Positions 48,602 to 60,689 of a DNA stretch of 64,000 nt are shown here, one piece after another. Each line of letters starts with the position of its first letter. The stretch's first letter is position 1. Where the stretch lies: the NCBI RefSeq assembly GCF_030144855.1, contig NC_082720.1, positions 80,724,001 to 80,788,000 on the forward strand. Direction: 5' to 3'. Origin of the DNA: Hypanus sabinus (taxonomy: Eukaryota). The notes below the pieces were generated by a model. It saw only the letters and a list, made by a program, of their open reading frames with translations, had not been told where the DNA came from and did no database searches. Made by a program: the position numbers and the translations under genes.

Positions 48602-50228
48602 ACCATATAACCATATAACAATCACAGCTCGGAAACAGGCCATCTCGGCCCTCCTAGTCCGTGCCGAACTCTTAATCTCACCTAGTCCCAGCTAACCGCA
48701 CTCAGCCCATAACCCTCCACTCCTTTCCTGTCCATATACCTATCCAATTTTACCTTAAATGGCACAACTGAACTGGCCTCTACTACTTCTACAGGAAGCT
48801 CATTCCACACAGCTATCACTCTCTGAGTAAAGAAATACCCCCTCGTGTTTCCCTTAAACTTTTGCCCCTAACTCTCAAATCATGTCCTCTGGTTTGAATC
48901 TCCCCTACTCTCAATGGAAACAGCCTATTCATGTCAACTCTATCTATCCCTCTCAAAATTTTAAATACCTCGATCAAATCCCCCCTCAACCTTCTACGCT
49001 CCAATGAATAGAGACCCAACTTGTTCAACCTTTCTCTGTAACTTAAGTGCTGAAACCCAGGTAACATCCTAGTAAATCATCTCTGCACTCTCTCTAATTT
49101 ATTGATATCTTTCCTATAATTCGGTGACCAGAACTGCACACAATATTCTAAATTTGTCCTTACCAATGCCTTGTACAATTTTAACATTACATCCCAACTT
49201 CTGTACTCAATGCTCTGATTTATAAAGGCCAGCGTTCCAAAAGCCTTCTTCACCACCCTATTTACATGAGACTCCACCTTCAGGGAACTATGCACTGTTA
49301 TTCCTAGATCTCTCTGTTCTTCTGCATTCCTCAATGCCCTACCATTTACCCTGTATGTTCTATTTGGATTATTCCTGCCAAAATGTAGAACCTCACACTT
49401 CTCAGCATTAAACTCCATCTGCCAACATTCAGCCCATTCTTCTAACCGGCATAAATCTCCCTGCAAGCTTTGAAAACCCACCTCATTAGCCACAACACCT
49501 CCTACCTTAGTATCATTGGCATACTTACTAATCCAATTTACCACCCCATCATCCAGATCATTTATGTATATTACAAACAACATTGGGCCCAAAACAGATC
49601 CCTGAGGCACCCCGCTAGTCACCGGCCTCCATCCCGATAAACAATTATCCACCGCTACTCTCTGGCATCTCCCATCTAACCACTGTTGAATCCATTTTAT
49701 TACTCCAGCATTAATACCCAATGACTGAACCTTCTTAACTAACCTTCCATGTGGAAGTTTGTCAAAGGCTTTGCTGAAGTCCATATAGACTACATCCACT
49801 GCCTTACCCTCATCAGCATTCCTTGTAACTTCTTCAAAAAATTCAATAAGGTTTGTCAAACATGACAAACATGCACAAATCCATGCTGGCTACTCCTAAT
49901 CAGATCCTGTCTAACCAGATAATTATTAATACTATCTCTAAGAATACTTTCCATTAATTTACCCACCACTGATGTCAAACTGACAGGTCTATAATTGCTA
50001 GGCTTACTTCTGGAACCCTTTTTAAACAATGGAACCACATGAGCAATACGCCAATCCTCCGGCACAATCCCCGTTTCTAATGACATCTTAAAGATCTCCG
50101 TCAGAGCTCCTGCTATTTCTACACAAACTTCCCTCAAGGTCCTGGGGAATATCCTGTCAGGACCCAGAGATTTATCCACTTTTAAATTTCTTAAAAGCGC
50201 CAGTACTTCCACCTCTTTAATTGTCATA
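48602..50228 (-). mobile_element. relatively young 5'-truncated CR1 LINE
   Basis: NYRPVSLTS, DFSKAFD, GVPQGSVLGP, KYANDTK; short (aaccatat) tail; possible TSD AAAGTA at 48596-48601 and 50229-50234. Confidence 0.93.
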
Positions 50229-51019
50229 AAAGTACTGGTAGAGGTGAATCAATTTCTTTATTGTATAAAACAAGATGCAACAGACATTATATGGAGATGC
50301 TCTCAGTCAAAAGGTCTGGCTGGCCCAACATGGTGCTCGATATTTTATGCGTTAAACATCAAAGGACAATTCCATATTTGCAATGAGTCTACAGTGGTTT
50401 CTTTGAAACTACATACAAACTTCCCATCATTCACACCCACACCACAGATATCTATATGGATTTTAATCAGCATTGTCTTATTTGTGATTCGGGGCTTTTA
50501 GGAACCTATTGTTCATTTAAATTAAATCTACAATTTACTTTCAAATTTGAAGATTGGAGACTGAGAAGTCATTTGCTAAATGTAAATGTGCTAAACCCAA
50601 AAATCACTCTAATACTGCCTAAGGCAGCGTGGTTTGCTGTGGCAGGCATGTAGGCCTCTGCACTCATGTGGTGTCTCTCTCTATTGATGAATGTTGGTGA
50701 TATCATAGGATGGCATTGTGGTTCTGCGTTTTGGGATTAGATTATTGACTTTTCAGAGTGTGGCTTTTATATTCTGTGTTTTTTATCACCTGTTCCTTTT
50801 CAGTTTTGTTGAGTGAGGGGAGGAATTTGGGGTTGATGTTCTGTTAGTCTTTTTGAGCAAGAGAGGGTTCGATATTCCTATTCAATTTTGTGTGAGGGGA
50901 GGGGTTTTGTGGGGTTGATGATTGGGATGCCATTCTTTTTCGTGCAGCGGAATGGGTGGGTTTGATGTTTCTCTTGAAGAGACTTGAGTGTTCTTTCTTT
51001 ATTGCATGGCTATCTGGAG

Positions 51020-52215
51020 AAGATGAATATCAGGATGGAGACTACCCAGACGGTATATGAGGTGTTGCTCCTCCAACCTTAGTTTGGTCTCATTATGGCA
51101 GTAGAGGAGGCCATGTATGGACATATCTGAATGGGAATGTGAAGCAGAGTTGAAGTGGGTGGCAACCAGGAGATCCTGTCTGTTGTGGAGGATGGAGCGG
51201 AGGTGCTTGATGAAGCGGTCCCCCAATCTGCATCAGGTCTCGCCGATGTAGAGGAGGCCACGCCGGGAGCACCGGATGCACTAGATTACCCCAGCAGACT
51301 CACAAGTGAGGTGTTGCCTCACCTGGAAGGACTTTTTGGGGCCCTGAATGGTGGTAAGAGAGGAGGTGTAGGGAGAGGTGTAGCACTTACGCTTGCAGGG
51401 AGATCTATGGGGAGGGATGTGTGGACCAGGGACTCACGGAGGCAATGATCCCTGTGGAAAGTGGAGAGGGTAGAGTGGGAAAGATTTGCTTAATGGTGGT
51501 ATCCTGTTGAAGGTAGAAGAAGTTGCAGAAGATAATGTGCTGGATCTGGAGGCTGGTGGGGTGGTAGGTGAGGACAAGGGGAACTCTGTCCCTGTTGAGG
51601 TGACGGGAGGATGGAGTGAGGGCCAAAGTGCGGAACATGGAGGAGATGTGGGTGAGGACATCATTGATGACGGCAGAAGGGAAACCACGATCCTTAAAGA
51701 AAGAGGACATTTGAGATGTCCTGGAATGGAAAGCCTCATCCTGGGAGCAGATGCAGCAGAGACGGAGGAACTGGGAATAGGGAATAGCATTTTTGCATGT
51801 GGCAAGGTGAGAAGAGGTTTAGTCGAGGTAGTTATGAGAGTCTGTGGGTTTATAGAAGATGTCAGTGGACAGTCTGTCTCCAGAGATGGAGACTGACAGA
51901 TCGAGAAAGGGGAGATGGACCAAGTGAATTTGAGGGCTGGGCAAAAGTTAGAGGCAAAGTCAATGGAACTGACAAGCTCAGCATAGGTGCAGGAAGCAGC
52001 ACCAATGTAGTCGTCAATGTAGCGAAGGAAAAATTGGGGAGAAGTGCCAGTATAGGTTTGGAACATAGACTGTTCCACATAACCAACGAAGAGGCAGGCT
52101 TAGCTGAGGCCCATGCGAGTGCCCATAGCTACAGCCTTGGTTTGAAGAAAGTGGGAAGTGCTAAAAGAGAAGTTGTTAAGTGTGAGTACCAGTTCTGTCA
52201 GGTCTCACTGATGTA
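51020..52215 (-). mobile_element. Penelope-like element, RT plus GIY-YIG, decayed
   Basis: FFLRYIDDYIGAASC (RT), MSSFFKDRGFP, RVPLVLTYHP, GDRFIKHLRS, EEQHLIYRLGSL. Confidence 0.9.
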
Positions 52216-52223
52216 GAGGAGGC

Positions 52224-52805
52224 TGCACCTCCGCTCCATCCGCCACAACAGCCAGGATCTCCCAGTTGCCACCCACTTCAACTCTGCTTCACATTCCCAT
52301 TCAGATATGTCCATGCATGGCCTCCTCTACTGCCATGATGAGGCCAAACTCAGTTTGGAGGAGCAACACCTCATATACCGTCTGGGTAGTCTCCAGCCCC
52401 TTGGCATGAGCAGTGAATTCTCCAACTTCTGATAATTCCCTCCCCCTCCCTTCCTCCCCATCCCACTTTCACTCTGCCTCCTCCTCCAGCTGCCTGTCAC
52501 CTCTCTCATGATTCTGCCTTCTTCTACTACCCATAGTGCTTTTCCCTGACATTCCTCCTTCACCTTTCCTGCCGATCCCCTCCCTGCTTCCTCTCCCCCA
52601 CCCCTTGATCTTCCCCCTTCCTGGTTTTTCACCTGGCACCTACCAGCCTCTTCCTTCCCACTCTCCCCACATCTTCTTTATAGGGCCCCTGCCCCCTCCC
52701 TCTTCAGTCCTGATGAAGGGTCTCAGCCGGAAACATTGACTGTTCTTTTCCACGGATTCTGCCCCACCTGCTGAGTTTGACCACAACATCTGCAGAGTAA
52801 TTTGT
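52224..52805 (+). mobile_element. inverted pseudo-LTR of the adjacent Penelope-like element
   Basis: 52224-52400 is the reverse complement of about 51030-51210; it continues through the pyrimidine tract and hammerhead to the 3' end. Confidence 0.85.
52705..52742 (+). ncRNA. minimal hammerhead motif, partly mutated
   Basis: CAGUC-CUGAUGA-A-GGGU(CUCA)GCCG-GAAAC-AUU-GACUG; stem I perfect, closing pair of stem II and the stem III palindrome mutated. Confidence 0.55.
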
Positions 52806-53021
52806 GAATGTGAGTGCTGTCTAGCATAAAACAAAAGTGGTTTCTAAGGAAATGCAGAAAAGCAAAGATTAACTAAAGACATTTGGTTCCCTTCCAGACT
52901 GAGCAAAAAGATATTTAGGTGACTAAGGATGCTGCATCAAATTTATGTATTTTGTATCTGCCATTTTGCTAGCCTCTATTTGCCTCTTGTGACCTCTTTG
53001 AATATGCACACCTATATTACA

Positions 53022-53108
53022 GATAAACTGGAGGAAATCAGCAGGTCAGGCAGCATCTATGGAAAGGACTAAAGAATCAATGTTTCAGACTGAGCTCCTT
53101 CATCAGAA
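53022..53108 (-). mobile_element. short Penelope 3'-end copy (older)
   Basis: ctggaggaaatcagcaggtcaggcagcatctatgg...tgtttcagactgagctccttcatcag. Confidence 0.7.
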
Positions 53109-54264
53109 CCTTTCATCCTGCATTAGCAACTATTATTTATTTAGTATTAGTATACTCATATAGTATTCTTAACATAGTGAACTAAAGCAACCAAGACATA
53201 TAGCAGGAACTTTAAACAGAAGTTAGTATTATGTTAGGAGCAGTAATGACGCATAACTGAAGGCTGGTCAGAATTATAGTTTAGGGAGGAAACAGTAGAT
53301 AGAGCCTCTATGAAAGAAGCAATAGGAAGCAGGGACGCTCGAGAGAACAGAAATCAATTGGCACACGCTCATTTTGAAGGACTGTAGGTGCCATTTGAAA
53401 ATAAAGGTAAACATTTATTAAGTGAGGCAATGCTTAAGGTGAAGTTAATATTAAACAAAAAGCTCAGGGGGCTCTAGATGATTGGATTTTTTTTTGAATA
53501 ACTTGCATTTTATGAGGATAAAATGAAGAAAACCAGGCAGGCATGCACTAGAAATACGAAGATTGTTATTGATGCAAAATCAATAAAAACAGAGGCTATA
53601 TTTCCTTTCCTCTTCCTACTCAGCTTGCTCAGTCTGGATTTCATGTCTCTCATTACAGAATCTGACATGTTTATTATTTTTAGGATGCACAGTTCTGATC
53701 TTAACTCTAAAGTACATGCTCCCTCTACATCATTAATCATTCAGACCCTCTGAACGTGGAACGAAGTTTTGCCCTCCCTCATGACCTATTAATCCGCTGG
53801 AAGGGTCAGCATTTTGCATTAGCTGAGTCTGTCTTTCAGATAAATCTGCCTGTTAAACTTTCAGCATCAGCGATTCTATTGTAGTTGATTCCAGATTGTT
53901 TATTCTGGCACAATAGAGGGTGATTTTTGGAATGAAGTGCCAAGTCAACAGGCTATTCTTAGTAACCAGCCACTAAGGATAAACAGATCACAAATGTTCA
54001 ATATCCAATACAAATATTTATAAATGCTGATTTTAATGCAAATATCTGTACTCTGTTTTAGTATTATTTTGAGACAGGAAGAAAATCTATTTTCAAGACA
54101 GAAACTTTATCTTTTGATCTTTTGCGATAACAGATGAAATACTATCATTCTTAGGATTTCTGGCATTATAACAACATCATACATAAGTAATATGTTTCTC
54201 AAATTTCTGTATGCTGCTCTTGTGGAACATATATATTATATTCATAGGATATGGACATTGCAAA

Positions 54265-54705
54265 CAACATAACATAAGATCATAAGGCATAGGAGCAGAA
54301 TTGGGCCAATCAGCCCATTGAATTCTCTCAATCTCATTCTTCTGTCCTCTCCCAGTAACCATTGATACCATTACTAATCAAGAACCTATCAACCTCTGCT
54401 TTAAATATGCCCAATGACCTGGTAGCCATCTGTGGCAATGAATTCCACAGATTCACCACCTTCTGGCTAAAGTAATTCCTCCTCCTCCTTGCATTCTGAG
54501 GCCGTGCGCCCTGGTCCTAGACTTCCCGCCCCACACCCCACCAACTATAGGAAATACCCTCTCCACATCCAGTCTATCTTGGCCTTGCAATATTTGAAAG
54601 GTTTCCATAAGGATTACCCCTCATTCTTCTAAGCTCCAGTCATCAAACACTCCTCATATGTTAACCCTTTCATTCCTGAATCATTCTTGTGAATCTCCTG
54701 TAGAC
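54265..54705 (-). mobile_element. CR1 3' fragment
   Basis: (acata) tail plus ggagcagaattgggcc end. Confidence 0.72.
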
Positions 54706-54979
54706 TGTGATGAACATCAGCATTTATTACCATTATCCAATATTATGTACTGTTCTTAACAAATAGTTAACAAATAGCACGACACTGCCAGTGATAATAA
54801 ACCTGATTCTGAAATGCATTTCTGTTAACCTTGAAACCAGGATGCTGTAATTGAACTTGATCATCACAGTAGATGGTGGATTTTTATAGCTAAGTGACTT
54901 GCCTTGCAATTTTGGAGCACAGATGAGTGTCAGAAGCTGTAGGGAAAAACTCTGTTAGAAATCTAAATTAACATTAAAC

Positions 54980-55075
54980 AATACTGGAAGTGTTTACGAG
55001 GTCAGGCAGCACCTGTAGAAAGAGAAAGAGAGTTAATGTTTCAGGACGGGCTCCTTCGTCAGAAATGGGAAAGAA
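54980..55075 (-). mobile_element. short Penelope 3'-end copy (older)
   Basis: ctggaag...ggtcaggcagcacctgtag...tgtttcaggacgggctccttcgtcag. Confidence 0.6.
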
Positions 55076-55111
55076 ATAGCAAGGTTAATTTTAAATTTCA
55101 AGGAAGGTGGT

Positions 55112-56150
55112 GTTAGAACATAAAAACAAGAACAGGCGTAGGCCATCTGGCCCATCAAACCTGCTCTGTCTTTCAATAAGATCATGGCTGATACAACCAC
55201 CTTCACTTACCCGCATTTTCCTCATAACCCTTTGTTCCTCTACAATGCAAAAATCTATCCAACCTCATCTTAAGCCTCCACTGCTTCACTGGGCAGGGAA
55301 TTGCACAGATTCCCCACTCTTTGGGAAAAGCAGTTCCTCCTCACCTCCATCCTAAATTTACTCCCCCAAATCTTGAGGCTGTGTCTCCTACTTCTAGTCT
55401 CACCTACCAGTGGAAACAATTTTCCTGCCTCTACCTTATCCATCCCTTTCATAATCTTATATGTTTCTATAAGATTTCCTCTCATCCTTCTGAATTCCAG
55501 CGAGTACAGTCCAGACGATTCAATCTGTCCTCATAGCCTAGGCCCTCACCTCTGCGATCAACCTGGTGTACCTCCTCTATGTCCCTCAAGATAGGAGACA
55601 AGATCTGCACATAGTACTCCAGATGTGGCCTCACCAGTGCCCTGTATGGTTGCAGTATAACCTCCCTGCTCTTAAATTCAATCTCTCCAGTAACCAAGGC
55701 CAACATTCCGTTTGTCTTCTTGATAGCCTGCTACACATACAAACCTTTCGTCCTTTCGTGATTCATGCACAAGCACTCCCAAGTTCCTCTGCACAGGAGC
55801 ATACTACAATCATTTACTATTTAAATCATAATCTGATCTATTTTACCTTCTAAAGTGAATGGCATCACATTTACCAACATTGTGCTCCATCTACCAGAGC
55901 CTTGTCCATTCACTTAACTTATCTATATCTCTCTGTATCCTCTGCACAATTTACTTTTCCACACAGTATCATCAGCAAACTTAAATGCTCTACACTTAGT
56001 CTCCACTTCCTGATTGTTAATGTATATTGTGAACAACTGTGGGCCCAGCACCGAAACTGGTGGCACACTGCTCACCCCTGATTACCAACCAGAGAAACAC
56101 CTGTGCATCCCAACTCTCTGCTTTCTATTGGTTTACCAATCCTCTATCCA
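55112..56150 (-). mobile_element. CR1 fragment
   Basis: ALVRPHLEYYVQ and RGNLIETYKIMKG. Confidence 0.82.
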
Positions 56151-56669
56151 TTATTTTGGGAGGAATGGAGAAGACAAACGGAAATTCTGTGATAGGATGA
56201 GACCAGGTACAAAGGGTTAAGGTGGCAGTTAAAGGCCGATTATAATTTATCCCTGAAGCAGAAAATATCCTTCTTGGCTTTTGGGAGAGGGTTGACAGAA
56301 AGTAGTGTGAATTGCTTCAATATTTTGGCTTTCAAAGTAAGTTCATGCAGCTTCCAGAAATCTGTTTACCCAATAAATACAAGGACTATTGAGTTGAAAA
56401 ACTAGTTAAATAACATGAAATGTCTGGCTCCATTAGACACCAAATATTGATAATTTGATTTTGACAGAAAAGTGCAGCCATTAGGTAAGAATTGAGGGAT
56501 GACTTTTCTCCACTGACTCCTCAAGACTCCCACTAAATTGGGACAACATGCTGCTGGCAGCATCAGCCTTCATTTAAGTGGATAACATTATATCTGAGCT
56601 CCCCGTATGGAGCAGACTTAGAGCTGTACATCACAGAAAATGTCCCTTCAATCCATCACATCCACATTA

Positions 56670-56880
56670 TCTTAGTGGGTAGCGTTATTCTATTACAATG
56701 CTAGCGACCCATGTTAAATTCCCTCACTATCTGTAAGGAATTTGTATGAATTTCCTCTAGGTGCTCTGGTTTCCTCCCACATTATAAAATCGTATGGGTT
56801 GGTCACATGGGTGGAACTAGGTGGTGTGGGTTTGTTGGGCTGGAGGGGAATGTTACCATGCTGTGTCTAAAATAAATATA
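56670..56880 (+). mobile_element. V-SINE-like element
   Basis: tRNA-like head remnant and tttcctctaggtgctctggtttcctcccacatt V-domain. Confidence 0.65.
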
Positions 56881-57094
56881 AAATACAAACATCTATGATT
56901 ACTTCATTAATCTACACTAACCCCATCTGCCTGTATTAGGATGTTGATGAATAAAGAAGCTTATGGATTGTTGCCAATTTAAGAAAAATCAGTTGAAATG
57001 CATCTTAAATTTTGAAATCAATAATTTCACCAGCTCCTCAAGCAAAATAGGTGTTGCAGCTATATAGGATTCTAATCAGACCCCACTCGGGGGT

Positions 57095-57592
57095 ACAGTG
57101 ATCAGCTCTGGTCATCTCACTACAGGAAGGAGGTGGGAACTATAGAAAGGATGCAGAGGAGATTTACAAGGATGTTGCCTGGATTGGGGAGCATGCCTTA
57201 TGAGAATAGGTTGAGTGAACTTGGCCTTTTCTCCTTGGAGTAATGGAGAATGAGAGGAGTATAAGATGATGTGAACTTTGATCACATGAATAGTCAGAGG
57301 TGTTTTCCTAGCACAAAAGGGCACAGTTTTAAGGAGTTTGGAAGTAGGTACAGAGGAGATGTCAGGGGTAAGTTCTTTTACTCAGACACTGGTAAGTGCG
57401 TGGAATGCGCTGCTGGTGGTGGAAGTGGATACGATAGGGTCTTTTAAGAGACTCCTTGATAGGTACATGGAACTTAGAAAAATAGAGGGCTATGGGTAAC
57501 CCTAGGTAATTTCTAAAATAAGGACATGTTTGGCACAGCATTGTGGGCTGAAGGGCCTGTATTGTGATGTAGGTTTTCTATGATTCTATGTT
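57095..57592 (+). mobile_element. CR1 3' fragment
   Basis: QRRFTRMLPGL...RLSELGLFSLE and CR1 3' UTR. Confidence 0.8.
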
Positions 57593-58019
57593 TTAATATG
57601 TCCTCCCCTTATTCAACTTGCCAAAATGCATCACCTTGTATCCATCCACCAGCACGCTCTCCATCTTAGCTATGGTCTTACAAAATCTGCCCCCTATCCA
57701 CAACATTGCCAATTCTCATGACATCTTAGAGTGGGTTGGATATCAAACCTCAGGCAAACATTACGAAGATTCTGCCTGGGCTCCATCTTCCAATTATGTA
57801 CCGAAGATTTGAAATCTCACCAGCTGACTGTACTCACCAGAATACTGGGCTCACACTGTCTGTGAATTTCTGCAATGCATTCTGAACTATGTTTCTTATG
57901 TTGAAGAGTGCTTCCCTATGTCTTTCTCCCCCTGCACAAATTATATTCATGGCCAGGAGCAGAAGTATTAATTGGATTTTGATTTTAAATTCATCTTTAT
58001 ATAGTTCTTATTATTCTTC

Positions 58020-58168
58020 TGGTTTCTTTCCATTCCTCTCCAGTACTGATGGCCCAAAACATTGGCTCTTTCTTTCTCTCCATTGATGCTACCTGATGTG
58101 CTGAGTTCTTCCAGCATTTTGTGTGTGCTGCTCTGGATTCCCATCGTCTGCAGAATCTCTTGTGTCTA
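58020..58168 (+). mobile_element. short Penelope 3'-end copy
   Basis: cagtactgatggcccaaaac (internally deleted hammerhead) through ccagcattttgtgtgtg...ctgcagaatctcttgtgt. Confidence 0.7.
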
Positions 58169-58754
58169 TCGTTTGTAGTTCTGTTGACATTCATTGCAAC
58201 ACTGCAAATGCTGTCCAGCTGAAGATAATTTTCTCAGCACCAAAGATTTAAGCATTGACCTTTTTGGGCCACTTTATCAGTGACACGTTGATAAAAGAGC
58301 TTATTTTCACTTCAGCTTTGGAAGAGCTTGTAAAAGCTGGTTGCTTTCAAATGACAGTAGATCGATGTCTATTGCAATTGCTCCATGGTCTGGAAAGATG
58401 ATGCTATGCTTACACTTGACGTTAGCCACATAACAGTACTGACAGATGGCCTTCAAAGCAATGTCAAACAATTGGTGTATACCTGCAGTGCAGGTAAAAT
58501 GTAAACAACATGGCAAATGGAAAATAGCTCCACATACTGTATTCTACCTTCCACTTGGCAGCTCTGGATTGGTAAGAATTCGTGCGATTTGGAGTGAGAG
58601 CACTGAACTCGCTGTGACCTCTCTTGACTAAAGTTTAAAAAATAAGGATGTAATTAATGCGGAGCCTTTTGACCTTTACAATTCGAATCGTCTTTTCAAG
58701 CTTTCGTTACTTTGAACCTGGTTGCTCCTGAGCAATTGCTCAGAGTTGTGCCGG

Positions 58755-59160
58755 AATCAGGTTTATTATCACTGACATATGTTGTGAAATTTGTTGTTTT
58801 GTGACAGCGGAACAACATGTTTTACATATTCTCTTAACTTATAGTAACTGTATGCAATACATATAAAATTACCATAAGTAACAATAAAAAAAATATAAAA
58901 ATAGTGCAAAAAGAGAAAGAGAGAGGTGGTGTTCATGGACAACTGAGAAATCTGATGGCGGAGGGGAAGAAGTTGGACTGTGCATCTTCGGGCTGTAGTA
59001 CCTACTCCCCGATTGCAACAATGAGATGAAGGCATATCCTTGATGGTACGGCATTGGGAAACACCATATTGAGGCACCACCTTTTGAAGATGTCTTCGAT
59101 GCTGGGGAGGACAGTGTCCACAACAAAGCTGTCTGAGTCTAAAATCCTCTGCAGCTTTTT
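58755..59160 (-). mobile_element. Rex1/Babar LINE 3' end
   Basis: LPSIEDIFKRWC...IKD...GHAFISLLQSGSRY remnants; gataataaacctgatt 3' end. Confidence 0.65.
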
Positions 59161-59283
59161 TCCCCAAACTCCCAATCCGGGTGGTTTGTTTGCCAGGTGC
59201 GGGCCTGCGTTTCACTTTGCCACCACTCTTCCTTCCAGGGTGCATGAGGTAAATTCAGGAGAAATATATTTAAGATAAAGTCT

Positions 59284-59384
59284 CACACACAAAAAGCCAG
59301 TGGAACTCGGCAGATCAGGCGGCACCTAGTGAAATTAGTAAACAGTCGACGTCTCGGGCCAAGTCCCTTCATCAGGATTTTATC
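59284..59384 (-). mobile_element. 101-bp tail-less Penelope 3'-end insertion
   Basis: 12-bp TSD AAGATAAAGTCT at 59272-59283 and 59385-59396; hammerhead with GAAA changed to GAGA. Confidence 0.85.
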
Positions 59385-60689
59385 AAGATAAAGTCTTGCA
59401 GGTGTTTGAAATATGGACTAAAACAGAAAAAAGCTGGAAGAACTCAGCAACTCAGGCTGTGTCTGTAGACCAAGAAACATACTTCAAGTTTCAGATTAAT
59501 TTAATTTCTCTCGCCACATATGCAGACTGACTTGGTAATTTTATATAGAGGGATGTTCTCTGCTTTTAGGCAGAGAGGGGTATATTGTGTGTTTTGTTTT
59601 AAACACAGGGAAACACATTCAAATTAACTGTTCAACACATAACAGAAAAAATTGCCAAAAACACCACCAAGAACATTTTCCTGTCGATCATCTCCTACAT
59701 ATTTACTTCCTTATCTTCTCCATATGCGTAAGGTAAGTAATGGTTAAGAAGTACTTCAGCTTCATTATTCAAATAGTTAATTATATTTTATTTTCAGTAT
59801 ATTGCAATAGTTTCATCAAATTTTGCTTGTAACAAATATTTTGGCCACTGGGATGACTTAAACTAAAGGTGCACAAAAACTGAATACACTATTGGGGTTT
59901 TAGTATTTTTAAATTGATGTTACAGTGGTATAGAGATCAGCTAAAAGGAGTTTTATTTATAGTAATCCTATGCCCAAAGAACAACTGTTGTGTCAGGATG
60001 ACATTCAAAAGGGTAAGCATCATAAATATTCATAAGAGCCCTTCCAGTTCTTCTAAGATGTATGACCCACTGCTTCAACCAGCATTACGTTGTCTGTTGC
60101 AGGCAAACTCTTCTGGCAGCTTTCAATGCCTGGATCTTCAGCCCCTTGGATCTGTTTCAGGAGATGGTCAGTCCATCTCCAGTGCCATTGATGCTATGCT
60201 GGCATGATCTACAGCTGTTTTTAACCACAAAACAAGCTCAACCAAAACTATCTGACTGCTTTACCTTTCTGCTTCCACTTAACCATGAAATAAATCATGG
60301 GAGCTTTCCTGTATTGTCAGGCTGCAGTGTAAACTTTTTAGCTCCAGAACATTCCAGCGTTGTTCTGCGTAGCTGCCAAGTTATTTATTCAACAGTCCAC
60401 TGACAAATGCAGTTGACATTTAATGCCTTGAAGATGAAGTCCAACATTTTTTTAGAATTTAACTCCTGGAAATCCATCAATAGACTCTGATGCAATCTGT
60501 TCCTGTAGCAGAATTTTCCAAGCAGCAACCCACTGCTGTCAGCACTCACATCAAGTTCAAGTTTTCTTGTCATTCAACTATACACATGAATACAGCCAAA
60601 CGAAAGAGTGTTCCTCTAGGGCCAAGTCACATATTATTGCCATTGCAGTAAAGCGTACAGTCACAGAATAATAATACTATTGTGGCATT

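Larger units (their letters stand above)
46494..50446 (-). mobile_element. decayed endogenous retrovirus (5' LTR, PBS, gag region, pro, RT), interrupted by CR1 and Rex1
   Basis: LTR ends ACA at 48567 and contains AATAAA; PBS TGGTGTCAGGA; protease-like PFDAGASVSIT (about 47770-47805). RT pieces QGILRETASTPYSPIWPVK, VLDITNG, DQFAF, TRHPQEFHNS, LLIASE, GFKI. LTR 5' boundary uncertain. Confidence 0.78.
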
